DNA of 26,889 nt, from NCBI GenBank assembly GCA_050486505.1, contig JBJHDK010000032.1:1-26889 (forward strand), read 5' to 3'. The notes under the pieces are model-generated. The model searched no databases, had not been told where the DNA came from, and saw only the letters and a list, made by a program, of their open reading frames with translations. This stretch comes from Fibrobacteria bacterium (GTDB lineage: Bacteria; Fibrobacterota; Fibrobacteria; UBA11236). Below, piece by piece: positions 25,740 to 26,889 of this stretch (position 1 is its first letter; the number at the start of each line of letters is the position of its first letter). Made by a program: the position numbers and the translations under genes.

Positions 25740-26780
25740 TTACCGGGGAACGACCAGGCGATGTTCTCCCGAATGCACGGCGAAAGGTGCGCGTTGCCAT
25801 ACCGTAAGGTCGAAATGGGCCCCGTCCTGGGCGTCGCAACGCAGTACCACCTCGAGATATCCGCCTTGGTACCCCACCTTGTGAACGATGCCGGAGAGGG
25901 CCCCCTCGACCGATTCGCCTTCCGGCAGGATCCGGAGGTCTTCCGGACGGATCCAGAGGCCGGGGTGCGGCGTTTCGAGGTTCGGCGGCGGTCCGATGCA
26001 ACAGCTTTTCCATTCGGTGGCGTCGGACCACACGGGATCCGGTGCCGGGAGAAAGTTGCAGGCCCCGAAAAAAGAAGCCACGTAGGTGTTGGCGGGTTTG
26101 CGATAGACATCCGGCGGCGTGCCGATCTGCTGGAGTTCGCCCCTGCGCAACACTGCGATCTCGTCCGCGATCGAAAGCGCGTCGGCCGTGTCGTGGGTCA
26201 CGAAAATGGCGGTGGTTTCGCGCTCGCGCAAGATGGCGCGGGTTTCGTCGCGCATGGCCTGGCGCAGCCCCGCGTCGAGGCTGCTGAAAGGCTCGTCCAG
26301 AAGCAGGAGCTTGGGATTGGGGGCCAGCGCGCGCGCGAGGGCGACGCGTTGCCGTTCGCCACCCGAGAGTTCGTGGGGAAAGCGTTTGCCGAAGGACGAG
26401 AGTCCGACGACCGACAGCATGTTCGTCACGATTTCCGCGCGCGTCTCTTTGTCGAGGGGCGCGATGCCGAAGGCGACGTTTTTTTCGACGGTAAGATGCG
26501 GAAACAGGGCGTGTTGCTGAAAGACGAATCCGATGTCCCGATGCTCCGGAAGGGTCACGGAACCGGGCGAAGACACGGTGCGGCCGTCGAGGACAATGCT
26601 GCCGTGGTCGGGGGTCTCGAGGCCGGCCAGCATGCGCAAGAGGGTCGTCTTGCCGCTGCCGCTCTCGCCCACGAGCGCGAGCAGGCGGCCGCGTCCGAGC
26701 TGGAAGCTGACGTTGTTCACGGCGGGAACCGCGCCGCGCCGATGCGTCTTGGAAAGGTTGTTGACCTGAAGGATCGTCAT
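25740..26780 (-). CDS. ABC importer ATP-binding subunit (FbpC/PotA-like, probably Fe3+)
   Basis: GESGSGKTT, IGFVFQ-HALFPHLTV, LSGGERQRVALARALA, LLLDEPFSSLD, VTHD. Confidence 0.92.
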   Translation of the reverse strand: MTILQVNNLSKTHRRGAVPAVNNVSFQLGRGRLLALVGESGSGKTTLLRMLAGLETPDHGSIVLDGRTVSSPGSVTLPEHRDIGFVFQQHALFPHLTVEKNVAFGIAPLDKETRAEIVTNMLSVVGLSSFGKRFPHELSGGERQRVALARALAPNPKLLLLDEPFSSLDAGLRQAMRDETRAILRERETTAIFVTHDTADALSIADEIAVLRRGELQQIGTPPDVYRKPANTYVASFFGACNFLPAPDPVWSDATEWKSCCIGPPPNLETPHPGLWIRPEDLRILPEGESVEGALSGIVHKVGYQGGYLEVVLRCDAQDGAHFDLTVWQRAPFAVHSGEHRLVVPR

Positions 26781-26784
26781 GGCG

Positions 26785-26889
26785 TCAGGGACTCCTGGAA
26801 GGAATGCGGCGCAGCAGCATCGTCAAGGGGATCAGGCCGATGAGGCTGAAGGCGACCATCGACAGCGCGGGCACCGAGGCCTCGGGGAT
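26785..26889 (-). CDS. C-terminus of ABC permease (FbpB-like; partial)
   Basis: Manual translation IPEASVPALSMVAFSLIGLIPLTMLLRRIPSRSP*, a final TM helix ending 4 nt before the ATPase start. Confidence 0.7.
   Translation of the reverse strand: MPEASVPALSMVAFSLIGLIPLTMLLRRIPSRSP

Overview
GC-rich chromosomal window, probably from a Fibrobacterota-like (FCB-group) bacterium; this is inferred from a TIGR02147/DUF4423 gene, C-terminal sorting-like tails and TAnnTTTG promoter boxes. It opens with a heat-shock locus (CIRCE-groES-groEL, and the 5' end of hrcA, which is missing from the ORF track). Between groEL and hrcA lie a low-GC restriction-endonuclease-like gene and a DUF559 nuclease gene bracketed by two inverted, covarying hairpin repeats. 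Next is a coupled operon: TIGR02147 protein, lipoprotein, S74 chaperone-domain protein, a stand-alone protease prodomain and a reprolysin-like Zn protease. Then come an intradiol-dioxygenase-like gene, an MBL hydrolase, an envelope cluster (ABC exporter, ICMT-type methyltransferase, waaA, TlpA, murG, DedA), an SMP-30 protein, an ABC pair, small membrane/lipoprotein genes, purM and moxR. A 400-bp AT-rich intergenic region has the architecture of oriC, followed by asd and the end of an Fe3+-type ABC operon. The main points of interest are the DUF559 REPtron-like element, the split prodomain/protease pair, a candidate oriC not adjacent to dnaA, probable leaderless transcription, and a possible lipid A methylation module. 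All family calls are from motif recognition by eye; no searches were run.
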